Shown: piece after piece, positions 1-13,070 of the stretch | Layout of the letters: each line of letters begins with the position of its first letter | Position numbering within the stretch: the stretch's first letter is position 1 | Assembly (NCBI RefSeq): GCF_001194135.2 | Contig: NC_068996.1 | Location: 20,626,000 to 20,689,041, forward strand | Reading direction: 5' to 3' | Source of the DNA: Octopus bimaculoides | Lineage: Eukaryota | DNA: 63,042 bases | Translations under genes and position numbers: made by a program | Notes under the pieces: generated by a model | What the model saw: the letters and a program-made list of their open reading frames with translations, nothing else | Told to the model about the DNA's origin: nothing | The model's database searches: none

Positions 1-2339
1 ATCTCAAATTTCTTCTACCCTAACTAACCGCAGAAAAAAAGAAACACATCTTTGTATTCTAAACATCTCTGCCTCAACTCTTAAGTATTCAAACCAGCCA
101 TATCTGGCTCAAATATTCTACTTGTTTTATGTTCAAACTGGCCACGATAATGCATGATTACTTCAAAACAGTGTGAATCAAACAGCATTAAATTTGATAG
201 AGTAATCTGAATGCTTAAGAGTTAAGCTTTAAATTCTATCCAACAACATTGTCTACGTAATAATGTAGGTATTATGTACATAAGTCTTTGCTTGTTAGTT
301 TATCATGGCTGTATGATTAAAAAGTTCACTTAGCAAAGCACATGGTTTCAGGTTCTGTCCCAGTTGCAAGTCTTCTACTGTAGACACAAGTCAATCAATG
401 TCTTGTGAGTGATTCTAGTAGACAGAAACTGTGTAGAGGCCTATCATGTATGTGTGTATGTCCCTTCCACCATCGCTTGACAACTGGTGTTCGTTTTTTT
501 AATGTTTTTTATGTCCCTGTAACTTAGCAGTTCAGTAGAAAAGACTGATAGAATAAGTACCAAACTTTTTCATCTGTCGAAATAAATATCTCAAAATTTA
601 TCAACTAAATTATCTTGTGACAATCGAAGTGGTGAGAAAGGATCGACAGACGATGGAATGACAGAGGACTGAGACTTCTGGTGGTTTATTGTGCTTGAAA
701 AGACATGTCAAGCTCAGTAAAATTGTGATTGCCCTTGTATACAGGCTCGTCCTCTGCAACCCTCTCCAGCTGAGCATCCCTAATCTTGTGGGCTTGTAGG
801 TGCTGGTGCCACATAAAAATCACCCATGCCAGTGCTGTATAAAAGCACCCAGTACACTCTGTAAAGTGGTTGGCATTAGGAAGGGCATCCAACTGTAGAA
901 ACCATGTCAAAACAGACTGGGAGCCTAAACAGCCCTTCAGATGGTCAGCTCCTGTCAAATCACCAAACCCATGCCAGCATGGAAAACAGACATTAAAGGG
1001 TGATGAAGATGATAATGGACAGAAGCTGTAAACCCTACACCGGAGATAAAATATTTCAATATAAACTGATCTTGCGTTTAAGTATCTGTAAACAACTGAG
1101 ATAGTAATCAGGTGGAAAATGTAATGTAAAACAGAAAGTTCTAAAGAAAAAACAACACTACACAAATTTTTAAATTAATCTGGCCCTAACAATATCTGCT
1201 ATATTTATGTATGTATACAAATGTGTGTGTATATATACATTCTATATAAGTATAGAGTATATTGTATAACATTATTCTGATTTATGATTGTTTCAACAAA
1301 TTGCAAGTGACCAAACATACATGTCTATAGACATGTAAAAAGATGATTTACTCAAATATATTATGTAGTATTTATTGCATAATAGAACCTGAACCAATTG
1401 AAAGTAAACCTTACAGATTTTCTGTTTAATTTGAAACCCAAGTTCCCCTGGGAGAAATTCTCCTTTATACTTCAGATAGCTGATCATGCCAGTACTTCCT
1501 GAGGTAACTTTTCCCACAACTCAGATTCATTTCAATTGATATCCCTCCCTCATCTTTATACTACCCTCACCACTCATATTTTACACTGATCACCACATAT
1601 CTCTCACTCTGCCTGCTTCGTTATCTACCAGCCAACCTACCTAAACATATCTTTCTCTCCCATCCTACATTTGATCATTGCATCAATATTACTATACTGC
1701 AGCTCTTCAATCCCACCTCTTATTCACCATTCATTACATCTACCCTCAACATTTGTTCTTCATTCATTCATTATATCTACTCTGTCAGTCCTTCCTTCCC
1801 AGAATGATACCCCCCTGAAATTCCGTTCTTGCCTATAGTCTTCCTGAAGCTGTCACCATATCAGTTTGTGAAAGACTTTTCAAGGCCAGAGGTACAACCT
1901 CTTCCTTCAAACTAAAGATACACACCATTTATTAAATTAATTTTTCTTTACTTCACTCTCCACAACTACATTTTCCAGAGTTAAAAATCACGCTAAATCT
2001 CATCTCTCTTTATTGATAATTCTCACCAGTTTTTATTAATTCTGGTCCACTAACACCATAGCCATTGTGTACACCATCTTCAATATTATCACCATTATGA
2101 TCTCAAACCCAGTCAAGAACCCCCCCCCCACACACACACACACAAAAATTAATAAAAATATAATAAATATCATACAAGATAATTTCTTGATTAACTGAAA
2201 TTATTTTCACTTCAAGAGATAAATATGCAAATACCTCATAACTATCACAACCAAATTCAAATATATATTCATCTATCTTTATAGTTCATATTAATGCCAT
2301 TGGCTACTCTACTGAGGGTGAAGTATTTTTCTGTCTCAA

Positions 2340-3405
2340 GTGGAAAGCTAGTCATTATGATACAGTCTTTTCTTTGTTAAGAATGTAACTTCATCAGAAG
2401 AGAGAGACCCTCAGTGATGAAGACAGCTAGTATTTGTAGAGGCTGCACAGGTTGAAGTTGTATGTTATCTATGACATTGTGTATAGAAATGTTTCTTTGA
2501 TATGAGCGCAGTGATTGTGTCTTTGTTAATATGAAAGGAGACAACATCGACATGGTACCAATGAAAGGTGTTTCCAATATCTCTCTTCATGGTGTCAGTA
2601 TATGTTTGTTGAGAGATGTCTAAGTAACATGTGGAAGATGGTGAGATATGGACAGTTAAGAAAGAATGACAAGTGGCAACATATGTATAGGAGAAAGGTA
2701 ACCTTGGAGTGCACTACATTTGATAGAGTATGGGGTCAGGGAGAGTTCCTTCAGTAGCTATAGCATGTAACTTTCAAACCAAGTGGTGGCCTGAGAGTAC
2801 AGTCAGTTTAGCTAGGAGTATCATAAGCTAGATACAGTAGTTATATACTGATGTGAGTGCAGCAAGAGCAAATTTCTTACAAATGAGTGACATCCAGTAG
2901 CTTTGTAGATACACAGCTACTGGGGGTCATTACAGAGAGAGAAGGGGGATTCAAAGGAAAATAGTAGACACGGTGAAAGGGAGTTGATCTTGGGAATTGG
3001 ATATATTGTAGGGTGTTTCCAAGACAGAGAGAGAGAGCGAGAATCAATGATGGGTACATTGTCAGGGCTTGTAACCTTCTTGGTTTAGATATTCTGGGTT
3101 TACGTGGTGCCATGTGTATGTCAGATGAAATGCTGAGAGAATTATCCTACTTGTGATGAATGTAGAGGAACATGATAAAAATGGATGGTTTCAGTCACTT
3201 CTTAGCTATTGTTGATAGTGCAGGAAAGAAGCATGTGATGTTCTGGCTGGCATAGTTAACACAGCTATGGTCATACAGCTGACTTGCAGTGTCGTAAGGC
3301 TCAGGAGATGAGTGAAGCATTGTGTAGTGGTAAGACAGTAGTTGGATAATCCAATAGGTCCTGATGGTGATAGTGTAGCAGGAGTTAGGTTGGGAGGTAA
3401 GAAAG
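2340..3405 (-). mobile_element. Highly degenerate Penelope-like RT remnant
   Basis: Frameshifted peptide fragments (KPDNVPII, QFPRSTPFH, YLDIS) loosely resemble PLE RT. No intact ORF; boundaries approximate. Confidence 0.3.
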
Positions 3406-6400
3406 NNNNNNNNNNNNNNNNNNNNNNNNNNNNNNNNNNNNNNNNNNNNNNNNNNNNNNNNNNNNNNNNNNNNNNNNNNNNNNNNNNNNNNNNNNNNNNN
3501 NNNNNNNNNNNNNNNNNNNNNNNNNNNNNNNNNNNNNNNNNNNNNNNNNNNNNNNNNNNNNNNNNNNNNNNNNNNNNNNNNNNNNNNNNNNNNNNNNNNN
3601 NNNNNNNNNNNNNNNNNNNNNNNNNNNNNNNNNNNNNNNNNNNNNNNNNNNNNNNNNNNNNNNNNNNNNNNNNNNNNNNNNNNNNNNNNNNNNNNNNNNN
3701 NNNNNNNNNNNNNNNNNNNNNNNNNNNNNNNNNNNNNNNNNNNNNNNNNNNNNNNNNNNNNNNNNNGATGTTGATGAAGGAAGAGATATGGTCAAACAGC
3801 TGTTGGTAGCTAGAAAGGTTTGAAGAGTTTTAGAGTCAGCAGGACACTTTGAGCCAGAAAAATTGGAAGTTTATCTTACAGGTGAGATACAAGAACAGTA
3901 ATGATATTGAGAGGAAGACAAGCGCAAAAAAGCAATAACACACAGCTTACTGGTTCGGTAAAGCAGGAAATATAGTGGTGGTAGGAGGAGAAACAGAGAC
4001 AGTATCAATAGCAGAAAAAAATTGTTATGTTGGTGGCTGTATCATTCAAAACCCATAATTCAATTATCAAATGAGTTGCATATACTTTCCGCAGAACCAC
4101 CAGTTTCAGAATGTTCTTGCAAATAAACAATTTTCTTCCACTGAACTGATAAAACTGCCACCACACAGACAATACAGGGATTTGAAGTAATATTCTTCAA
4201 TACATAACATGTTAACACACACTGTTGTAATGAAGTAAATTCCTTCAGTGCTTGCACACTGAAAGTTTTTATTCTTACATGTTTCAAANNNNNNNNNNNN
4301 NNNNNNNNNNNNNNNNNNNNNNNNNNNNNNNNNNNNNNNNNNNNNNNNNNNNNNNNNNNNNNNNNNNNNNNNNNNNNNNNNNNNNNNNTTCCTTCAGTGC
4401 TTGCACACTGAAAGTTTTTATTCTTACATGTTTCAAACCAGGCTGTAATATTCTTACAAACAATGGTTACCAAGCAAATCACACATACACATATAATACC
4501 ATATACATTTCATAAGCCATGATTCAGAATTCCCCACCACACAAAGTTATTTTTTTCACTTATAATTCAACAAGGTGGATAGCAAAATCAATAAAGCATC
4601 AGGTAAAATGTTTTATGGTATTTGGTTACTTGGGGGGGTTTAAATCCTAGATAAAGCATCTTTGATTTCCCTTATCCTGGGGTTGAAGCACAGTCAACTA
4701 ACACACGTTCCTACCTCCAAATTTGTGACTTTGCACCATCACAACATTGTTGGAGAGCATTATTATTATAATCATTATTGTTATTAAGGTGGCAGGCTGG
4801 CAGAATTGTTAGCGCACTGGGCAAAGTGCTTAGGGGTATTTCGTCTGTTGCTACATTCTGTGTTCAAATTCCACCGAGGTCTACTTTGCCTTTTATCCTT
4901 TTGTGATCAATGAAATAAATACCTGTTATGCACTGGGGTCGATGTAATCAACTAGTCCCCTCACCAAAAATTTCAGGCCTTGTGCCTATAGTAGAAAGGA
5001 TTATTATTATCATTATTACTGCTAAAGTGGTAAGTTGGCAGAATCATTAGAACATTGGACAAAATGCTTACTGGCATTTCTTCTCAGCCTTTATGTTCTG
5101 AAATCTTTCCAAGGTCAACTTTGTCTAAGAGGCTGAAAGATACTGGAATTGAGACTCACAGTGTCAATCTGCAGAAAAGTGCAATCCTATATTCTATAAG
5201 AATCTCAAGAAAGATTCTTGAGGTCTCAGGAGACATGTCACTGAACCTCAAGACAACATCCCTTCTAACTAATACAGCATGTATTAGTTATTTTAATAAT
5301 AATAATCTTTTACTTCTTTCACTCATTAGACTGTGGCCATGCTGGGGCACCACCTTGAAGAGTTTTTTAGTCAAATGAATTGACCTCAGTATTTATATTT
5401 TGTTTTAAAGCCTGGTACTTATTCTACCTTCCCCCTTTGCCAAACTGCTAAGTCACATTGATGTAAACACACTGACACCAGTTGTTAAGTGATGGTGGTG
5501 GACAAACGCACACACAGATGGGCTTCTTTCAGTTTCTATCTACCAAATTCACTCACAAAGCTTTGATCAGCCAGAGGTTATAGTGGAAGACACTTGCACA
5601 AGGAATCACACAATGGGACTGAACCCAGAACTATGTGGTTGGGAAGCAAGCTTCTTACCACACAGCTATACCTGTGCCAGTAATAATAATAATTATTTCA
5701 AATTTTGAGCGGAAAGAGTAAGTCATTTACATCAATCCCAGTACATTATTGGTACTTTATTTCATTTACTGGTGCTTTATTTTACTGACTTCAAAAGGAT
5801 GAAAGGCCACAATGATTTCAGTAGGATTTGAACCAAGAATGCAAAGAACCAAGACAGATATCGCAAAGTATTTATTCCAATGGAAGAGGAAGGAAAGAAA
5901 GCAGAGGACTACTTTCAATTCGGCAAAAAGCTAAATTCTTGTTGGAAGGGATTGTATTAGAATGACTGCATCAGTTGTAGGATATTACTGGTACAAATTC
6001 TGTGAACCCTGAAAAAATATAAAGTGAAGTCAACACTGCTAAGATTTGAACTAAGAATAATTATTTTACGTTGTTGCTCTACTACTTTTGCTAACTCTCT
6101 AGTCTTGTAGTATTGATAAACAGATGTGTTTTTTAAGTACAACAACATTAATGATGAACAGCAACAACAATTATTCTGATAATGACAATGACGATTATGC
6201 TGATGATGATGAATAGCTATGTTTTTCTCCAATGAAAGTTGTAAAACTTCATATAACGAACACCTGATTTAAAGAGTACATAGCCAAGGTTAAGACATTT
6301 TCAGCCAATATGATTTGAACTTGCAATATCCAATATAATAACACCAGATTGGTTGGTTTTCATGAAATATATCTCAAATAAATACTTTTTGATACAGGCT

Positions 6401-6597
6401 GGCTTCTATCATGAGGCAAAGGGGTGGGGATCAGTAAATGACAGCATTCTTTTTTTTTTTTTTTTTGAAGTACTTAATCAAAAAGGAGAGCAGTAACCCT
6501 GACCATTGCAGGGGCTTGGTGGGAGGGAACACTGGATAAGTCATTTCTGCAAACCGATAAACTCTACTGAAATCAATCAATGATGAATATTTTATCG

Positions 6598-6638
<41 letters not shown>

Positions 6639-6765
6639 CAAATCAGATTGGAGCCTGGTGTTGCCATCCAGTTTCACCAGTCCTCAGTCAAATCGTCCAA
6701 CCCATGCTAGCATGGAAAGCGGACGTTAAACGATGATGATGATATATATATATATATATATATAT

Positions 6766-6935
6766 ACGAGGTCTGATCGATAAGTATCAGGACTATTGCT
6801 ATAGTAACAAAGCTAAACCATGGAGGGTGATGCCACTTGGCACAGATTGACGTTGAACTCTGCTGTGCATGTGCATGAAGTTTTAACATTCTGGCTCACT
6901 TCCACTGTTTACAGCAATGCTTGGAAGGAAGATGT
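6766..6935 (+). mobile_element. Mariner 5' end fragment
   Basis: TACGAGGTCTGATC terminus, homologous to the 5' end of the mariner at 53017. Confidence 0.6.
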
Positions 6936-7440
6936 GTGTGTATGTATATATATATATATAAGAAATTATTAAGATTCAGTTGAATTAGGTACTTAAGTTG
7001 AAGCTTATGTTAATTGTGAATTGGTTCCAATTTCTGAATTAAAACCAAAAATAGGCAGAAGAAAGAACTACAACAAATCTAATAATAATGGAAAACTGAT
7101 TGACAATGAAGTGGGTGAATCTAATAGTAGAAAAGTATCCAATTTATTTGTAAATAATAATGATATGATTAACAAGGGTATTAATATTAATAAGAACAAT
7201 AGTAAATATACCTAGAATAAAAATATTTAAATAAACTTAGGTCTACTGATAAGTATATGCCATATGCCAACCCAAATACACCCAATGATGAGTATAATGA
7301 AGATAATTATATTTGGTTTATCATTCCTTAGACACGACAAATGAAAATGAATCTGGTCAAGCTATTTTACAGATCTATATCTAAGCACTTTAAATAATGA
7401 TCTAGCTAGAAACTGTGATTGTAGATAGCTTTTTTTTTCT

Positions 7441-8000
7441 GTAGTTTCAGCTCAGAGCTGCAACCATGCTGATGCACCGCCGTTTTGCTACACTGTTATT
7501 ACTGAGAGCCTCCTCCAATATGTGGCACTTGGTGAAAAATGGAGTTTGATTTAGCAACCCTCATTTGCACCTCTTGCCGTGAGGTCGGTTCATCTGGGAC
7601 TCTCAACAGGAACAGGTCCAGCCTTGATTTAAAAATACCTATATCTACTTTCTGCAGGTTCCTCAGGCTCTTTGGGAGAATATTAAAAAGCTGTGGGCCC
7701 CTGAAACCCAGGCTGTTGCAGTAACTACTCCCGAAGCGCGATGGCGTTGCTGGTATCTTTGGCACTATGTAGTGTTGTTCCGTTCTGGCATTGGTATAGC
7801 TTTCAATGCCAAAATTTGGCACAATTCCTTCCAGGATCTTCCAGATGTATATTACTGCATACCTCTCCCGCCTTCAATCCAGGGAGTAGAGTCTTAGCTG
7901 TTTCAGCCTTTCCCAGTGGCTGAGCAGATGCAAAGAGATGATCTTCTTTGTGAATCTTCACTGGATTTCTTCAAGGTCCACTGTTAATTTTGCACTAAGG
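7441..8000 (-). mobile_element. 5'-truncated CR1/L2-group LINE 3' end
   Basis: ORF2 C-terminal peptide (RRERYAVIYIWKILEGIVPNFGIE...GPQLFNILPKSLRNL...FKSRLDLFL) with stops and frameshift, followed by a short 3' tail. Confidence 0.8.
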
Positions 8001-8139
8001 GTAAGTGTTTATTTAATAATTTTTGTTTACAGAAAAATATTGTATATAGATGTAGGGTGGATTCAGAATGAAGAAATTGTTTTTACATGGGGTCCATGGA
8101 AAATTTTATTAAAAAGCAGATAGCAAACCATAAAACATA

Positions 8140-8159
8140 TATATACACACACACACACA

Positions 8160-8204
<45 letters not shown>

Positions 8205-8372
8205 CTATATATATATACATATACATATATACACATCTATATATATATACATATACATATATACACATTTATATATATACATACACACCTATATATATAC
8301 ACGTACATACACACGTATACATATATATATATATATACATACACATCTATATATATACATATACATACATAC
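8140..8372. repeat. Compound (TA)/(CA) microsatellite
   Basis: Direct reading; one of dozens in the window. Confidence 0.95.
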
Positions 8373-8834
8373 ACAATTGCAGCGTGGAAGGTGTTTATGA
8401 GCTATTTAAGAGACACACAAAAAAATGTTAGATTCACTTCGACATTTAAATTTAATTTGCCAAAATATTTTCATCATTTTGAGATCACGACCTGTTCACT
8501 GACAAAATTCTGTGCTGCATCACATACATACATGCGTATAGGCATGCACGCATGCATACACATATACACATATTAACATGCACACATACATCCATACGTA
8601 CATATATATCATGAACTAACTGTTACTTTCTCAATGCAGCACAGAATTTTATCAGTGAACAAGTCGTGGTCTCAAAGCGATGAAAATATTTTGGCAAATT
8701 AAATTTAAATGTTGAAGTGAATCTAACGGTTTTGTGTTTTTAAATGGCTTATAAACACCTTCCACACTGCAATCGTTTTTGTTTCAGCACACAATCTCAG
8801 ATCAGGTCACTTGCTATGTAAGTACATCTCCGTA
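8373..8834. mobile_element. Tc1/mariner-type foldback MITE
   Basis: About 148-nt inverted arms 8373-8520 and 8634-8782. Right arm runs on to a ...GTACATCTCCGTA terminus ending in TA. Confidence 0.65.
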
Positions 8835-10007
8835 ATATATATATAGAAACTACATGCACATGTACCCTCATACACACATCCAATGAGTATTTCTGTGTCA
8901 ATATCTCTAACCATCAAAACTGCAATTACTCCTCTCACACTTCCAGTCAGTCAGTGGTTGAATACATGAACTGAATGCAAGTGCAATTTTTTTTTGCTGC
9001 CTCTTTTCCGTTTTTATCTCCTTTCCATTCTTTCTCCACCATCCAGTCTCTCTTGGACTTTGCTCTTGTATCTGAGGAACAACTATGTCTGAAACTTTAT
9101 ACTATTACTCTATACTCTTTTTTTCCTCCCTTGTTTGAGAAGCAACCTAATATTAAGTATGAATACCCCTTGGATGTTTGTTTTTAATTGCATTTGCTTT
9201 GCTTATATATATATATATAAATAAATATATAATTTAGAGAAAAGAACCAAAGTTCATGAACTCATCCATGAAAATTCAGTCACACTAAAATATTAATGAT
9301 TATTACTTTGTATTTTATTATAATTCTTTTTAGTGTATTTACTTATTAATTTTTTCTATATGTGACTGTGAATTTTCATGGATGAGTTCATGAACTTTGG
9401 TTTTCTTCTCTAAATTATATATTCATATATTATATACTGTAAAACTTAATTTAATTTTAATTTTTGATAAATTGAATTCAATTGAGTTTTTACCTGTAAA
9501 TTTGGATTTTTATCCCTATTATTATTATTATTATTATATATATATATGTTTATTATCATCATCATTAAAAGCCAATCACAAGACATTGAGCTTTATGAAA
9601 AAGATAACAAAGGACGAAAATATTCAACACCTTGCTGTACTCAAGAAGACCTGTCTACCATAATAAAACTGATACTGGTGTTGGTTTCATATAAAAAGTA
9701 CTCATGCTGGTGCCACATAAAAAACACCCAGTATAATCTGTAGAGTGGCTGGCATTAGGAAGGACATCCAGCTGTAGAAACCATGCCAGAACAGATAGTG
9801 GAACTTGGTGCAGTCCCTGGCCTCACCACCTCTTGTCAAACTATCCAACCCATGCCAGCATGGAAAACGGACGTTAAATGATGATGATGGTGATTATATA
9901 TATATATATATATATATATTTTCATTTATTTTTATTTTTACTGTATTGTTATTTTTATTTCTATTTTTATTTTTATTTTTTACTTTATATTTGTATTGAA
10001 TTTTTGT

Positions 10008-10142
10008 GAATCTCTGAAGAGGCCTAGCGAATCATGCATGTACCCCCATTACAGCATTTCATCTGCTAATTACTCTGGCACGCAGGAGCTATAGGGATAG
10101 AATGGGGCATGTCAACGCTAGGCCGAAACAGCTGTAAGTTTC
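10008..10142 (+). ncRNA. Type I hammerhead ribozyme motif (Penelope/retrozyme-type)
   Basis: CTGAAGA core 10014-10020. Perfect 9-bp helix II GGCCTAGCG/CGCTAGGCC. GAAA 10125-10128. Palindromic helix III ACAGCTGT. GUA cleavage triplet 10134-10136. Helix I has 5 of 6 pairs. Confidence 0.75.
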
Positions 10143-10334
10143 TGTATATTCTCCAATTGCTAAATGTACTTTATATTTGCAACCTTAATTGTTAATATGA
10201 CATGGTATGTCACAAGCATCTGTATATTGTGGTTTTTGTCATTTTAGTTACAAAATAAATAAATTAATTCAATGGAATACACTGTCTGCAAGTCGATGGA
10301 TACTGCATATTCCCCTCCATTTTCTTATTGCTAT

Positions 10335-10381
<47 letters not shown>

Positions 10382-11157
10382 TACACACACTTTTAATTAC
10401 ACTTGCTGTATTTGCACACCTTGTGCATTTGTAGTATGAGCAGTATGTTTGTTTGTGTCAGGATAACATAGTGTGATGTACCTGTGTACAAAGGTGGTTA
10501 AATAGAAATTTGGCAGTGCCTGTGCATGCATGTTTATATAAATGTGTGTACTTAGTGAAATGTGTATTGGTGGTTGTGTAATTTGTGTGTAAATGTGTAT
10601 GTATATACATATAAATTACAAAGTGTACCTCTAATTATCAGTATTAGTACTAATTGTAAGTTATTGGTACATATACAGATGTACTCAGTTGTACTAATTG
10701 TTATATATATAAACAGTATCTCTCTAGATGAGACATTTAATACCATATACACTACTATGTGTAATAGTAGTTGGGGGCGAAGCATCACTAATGGTCATCT
10801 GAATAAAACTACCTGCAATAGCACTGACAGCCAATGATCTATTGAATGTTCAATACTTTGCATGTGTCAAGATGCTATGAAGAACTCCAGTTGAAGCAGC
10901 AAAAGCACAAGTGGCTATGCAAAACACCCGGGGCTGTGCCTGGCATGAAGCCATCTCTCCTCACTCAAATGAGGGGGCTCTTATCCCTTTCTTGTCTTGT
11001 GAGTTACTTGGCAACCTCACTAGTTACTAGTTGTATGAAAACAAAAAGCTACCAGTTTACACTGAAAAGTGGTTGATGTTAAAAAGGGAATCCAGTTGTA
11101 TAGACTATGCCAAATCTAACATGGAGCATGATGTAACACTGTGATGTGTTGGATTCT

Positions 11158-11390
11158 TATTTCTTTATTGCCCACAAGGGGCTAAACATGGAGGAGACAA
11201 ACAAGGACAGACAAAGGGATTAAGTCGATTACATCAACCCCAGTGCATAACTGGTACTTAATTTATCAATCCCGAAAGGATGAAAGGCAAAGTTGACCTC
11301 GGCGGAATTTGAACTCAGAACGTAACAGTAGACGAAATACCGCTAAGCATTTTGTCTGGCGTGCTAATGTTTCTGCCAGCTCGCCGCCTT
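11158..11390 (-). mobile_element. tRNA-derived SINE family B, near full length
   Basis: Head GGCGGCGAGCTGGCAGAAAC..GAGTTCAAATTCC (A/B boxes). Dispersed homologues near 4790, 15120, 22700, 33795 and 60680. Confidence 0.75.
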
Positions 11391-12091
11391 AATGTGTTGG
11401 ATTCTGTCCAAATGTTCTACACATACCAGCATGGAAAACGGATGTGAAATGATGATGATGATGATGAATGAAATGTTATCAATAAATGCTTGAATGCAAT
11501 GGAAAGAGGCATGGAGATTAAATAATTTACAACACATTTTTTAATAATCTTCATGATGAACATTGTTCACTTAAATACAATATTTGATCATTTAATGTCA
11601 CGAGCAAAAAAGATATGTCCATTTTAAACACAATCTACGCATCTACACACTCAACTATGAGTATATACACACTCATTGTTGACTGTATAAATGCACAGCC
11701 TATGTTTAAAACAAAGCCACACACATGTGTATGTGTGAGTGGATATGCAGATAAAACTGTACAGAACTAGCCTGGAGTTACACAACAAACACAAAACATA
11801 CACACACAAGTTAACAGGAGTCAATCATGGAGCCTTTATGCAGTCACTCCATCCACTAGAAATAGCAACCAAATCATTCTTCAATCACACAATGCTTTCC
11901 TAAAAAAAAATTAAAAAAACGAAACAAAAAACACATTCAATAATGTATTCTTGACAAAATAAATGGGAAGGTCACAGTCAAATCACCTCTGATCACAAAT
12001 TTGCTTGATCAAGGCCAACCTGGGGTTAAACAACAAATAAGTCAACACAAACAAGTAAAACCAGACGCAAATGAAAATCCTTCTGCCTTAC

Positions 12092-12277
12092 CTTAAACGG
12101 AGTTTTTCCATTTACTAGAAGCCGATTAGCTCTCACTGCCGCACGATGGGCAGCCTCCCGGGCCTCTTGCTGTCGAGCAAGATTTAGCAGTGCACCACTT
12201 TCAATGATTTGAGAGCCAGAGTTATTGATATTAGCCAGTGCCAAGCTCTTTCCATAGATTCTTTCGTGAATGCTACT
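12092..12277 (-). CDS. HIRA: HIRA exon 14 (SSIHERIYGKSLALANINNSGSQIIESGALLNLARQQEAREAAHRAAVRANRLLVNGKTPFK)
   Basis: 186 nt, CAG acceptor, GTAAGG donor. IH..YGKSL motif that follows the HIRA WD40 domain. The gene continues beyond this exon. Confidence 0.92.
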
Positions 12278-13019
12278 CTGTTGTATCACACAATTTGTTG
12301 ATGAATCAAGATTTCAAAACCAGTGTGATGTCGTCACGATTATCACAGCAGAATCAAACAATAAGTTGGAACCATAGTTTAGCCAAATCATGTATCAACA
12401 TAGTGTCATAGATTATTTTTTGATGTCACAGTACAATTTTACAATGTTCATATTTCAATCCCATGGTTATAAATTGTTTTTTTTGGTTTTTGGTTTTTAA
12501 AATATCATCATGATTAGATGTAGTACATTAAGTAGAAATATTGATTTCATATGATTTTGTTACAAGAATATCATTAGATAACAAAATAAAATCATTATCA
12601 GTAATAAATTAGTAATAACATCATTGATTCAAGTGATTAGAATTATTTGTAATATGATGGTTAAGTGATACATTATGTCATCATTATGTGTGATACAATG
12701 TTAAGATGTACATTGAGCATTATCATCACAAATTTTTCATAATCATGATAATATTGACAATTAATGTTTGTAAAAGGTTAAGTTTTTAATCAATATTTTT
12801 GTAATGATAATGTTTCAAATGATAATAAGTAAAAATACGCCATTAGAGATTTCATTAGTGGCAAGAATATTCCATTCAGAATTAGCATTTGTTATAGTCA
12901 TTGGTTCATTAGATCAGATAGGAGTTCCAAATATTTTTCATTGGGGAGGAAAAAAAAAGAGAAAGATAAATGAATAAATAAAACATGTATAAATGTAATA
13001 ACAATAATAATAATAATAA

Positions 13020-13070
<51 letters not shown>

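Noticed and set aside
4060-4290. Open minus-strand frames next to a gap as coding sequence
   Set aside because: No recognisable homology, no consistent splice donor, and truncated by an assembly overlap.
4240-4437. 49-nt direct repeat flanking a 100-N gap
   Set aside because: Identical overlap on both sides of a placeholder gap, i.e. unmerged contig ends.
7021-7215. Asn/Lys-rich 64-aa plus ORF
   Set aside because: Low-complexity AAT-rich sequence with a non-ATG start and no domain.
8087-8431. Tyr/Ile/His-rich ORFs here and at 27610, 29614 and 30889
   Set aside because: Translations of TA/CA microsatellites.
1-12091. Further HIRA exons (B-domain KQ.ETR...RRITP)
   Set aside because: A manual scan found no such codons with matching phase-0 splice sites. 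They may lie in gaps or outside the window.
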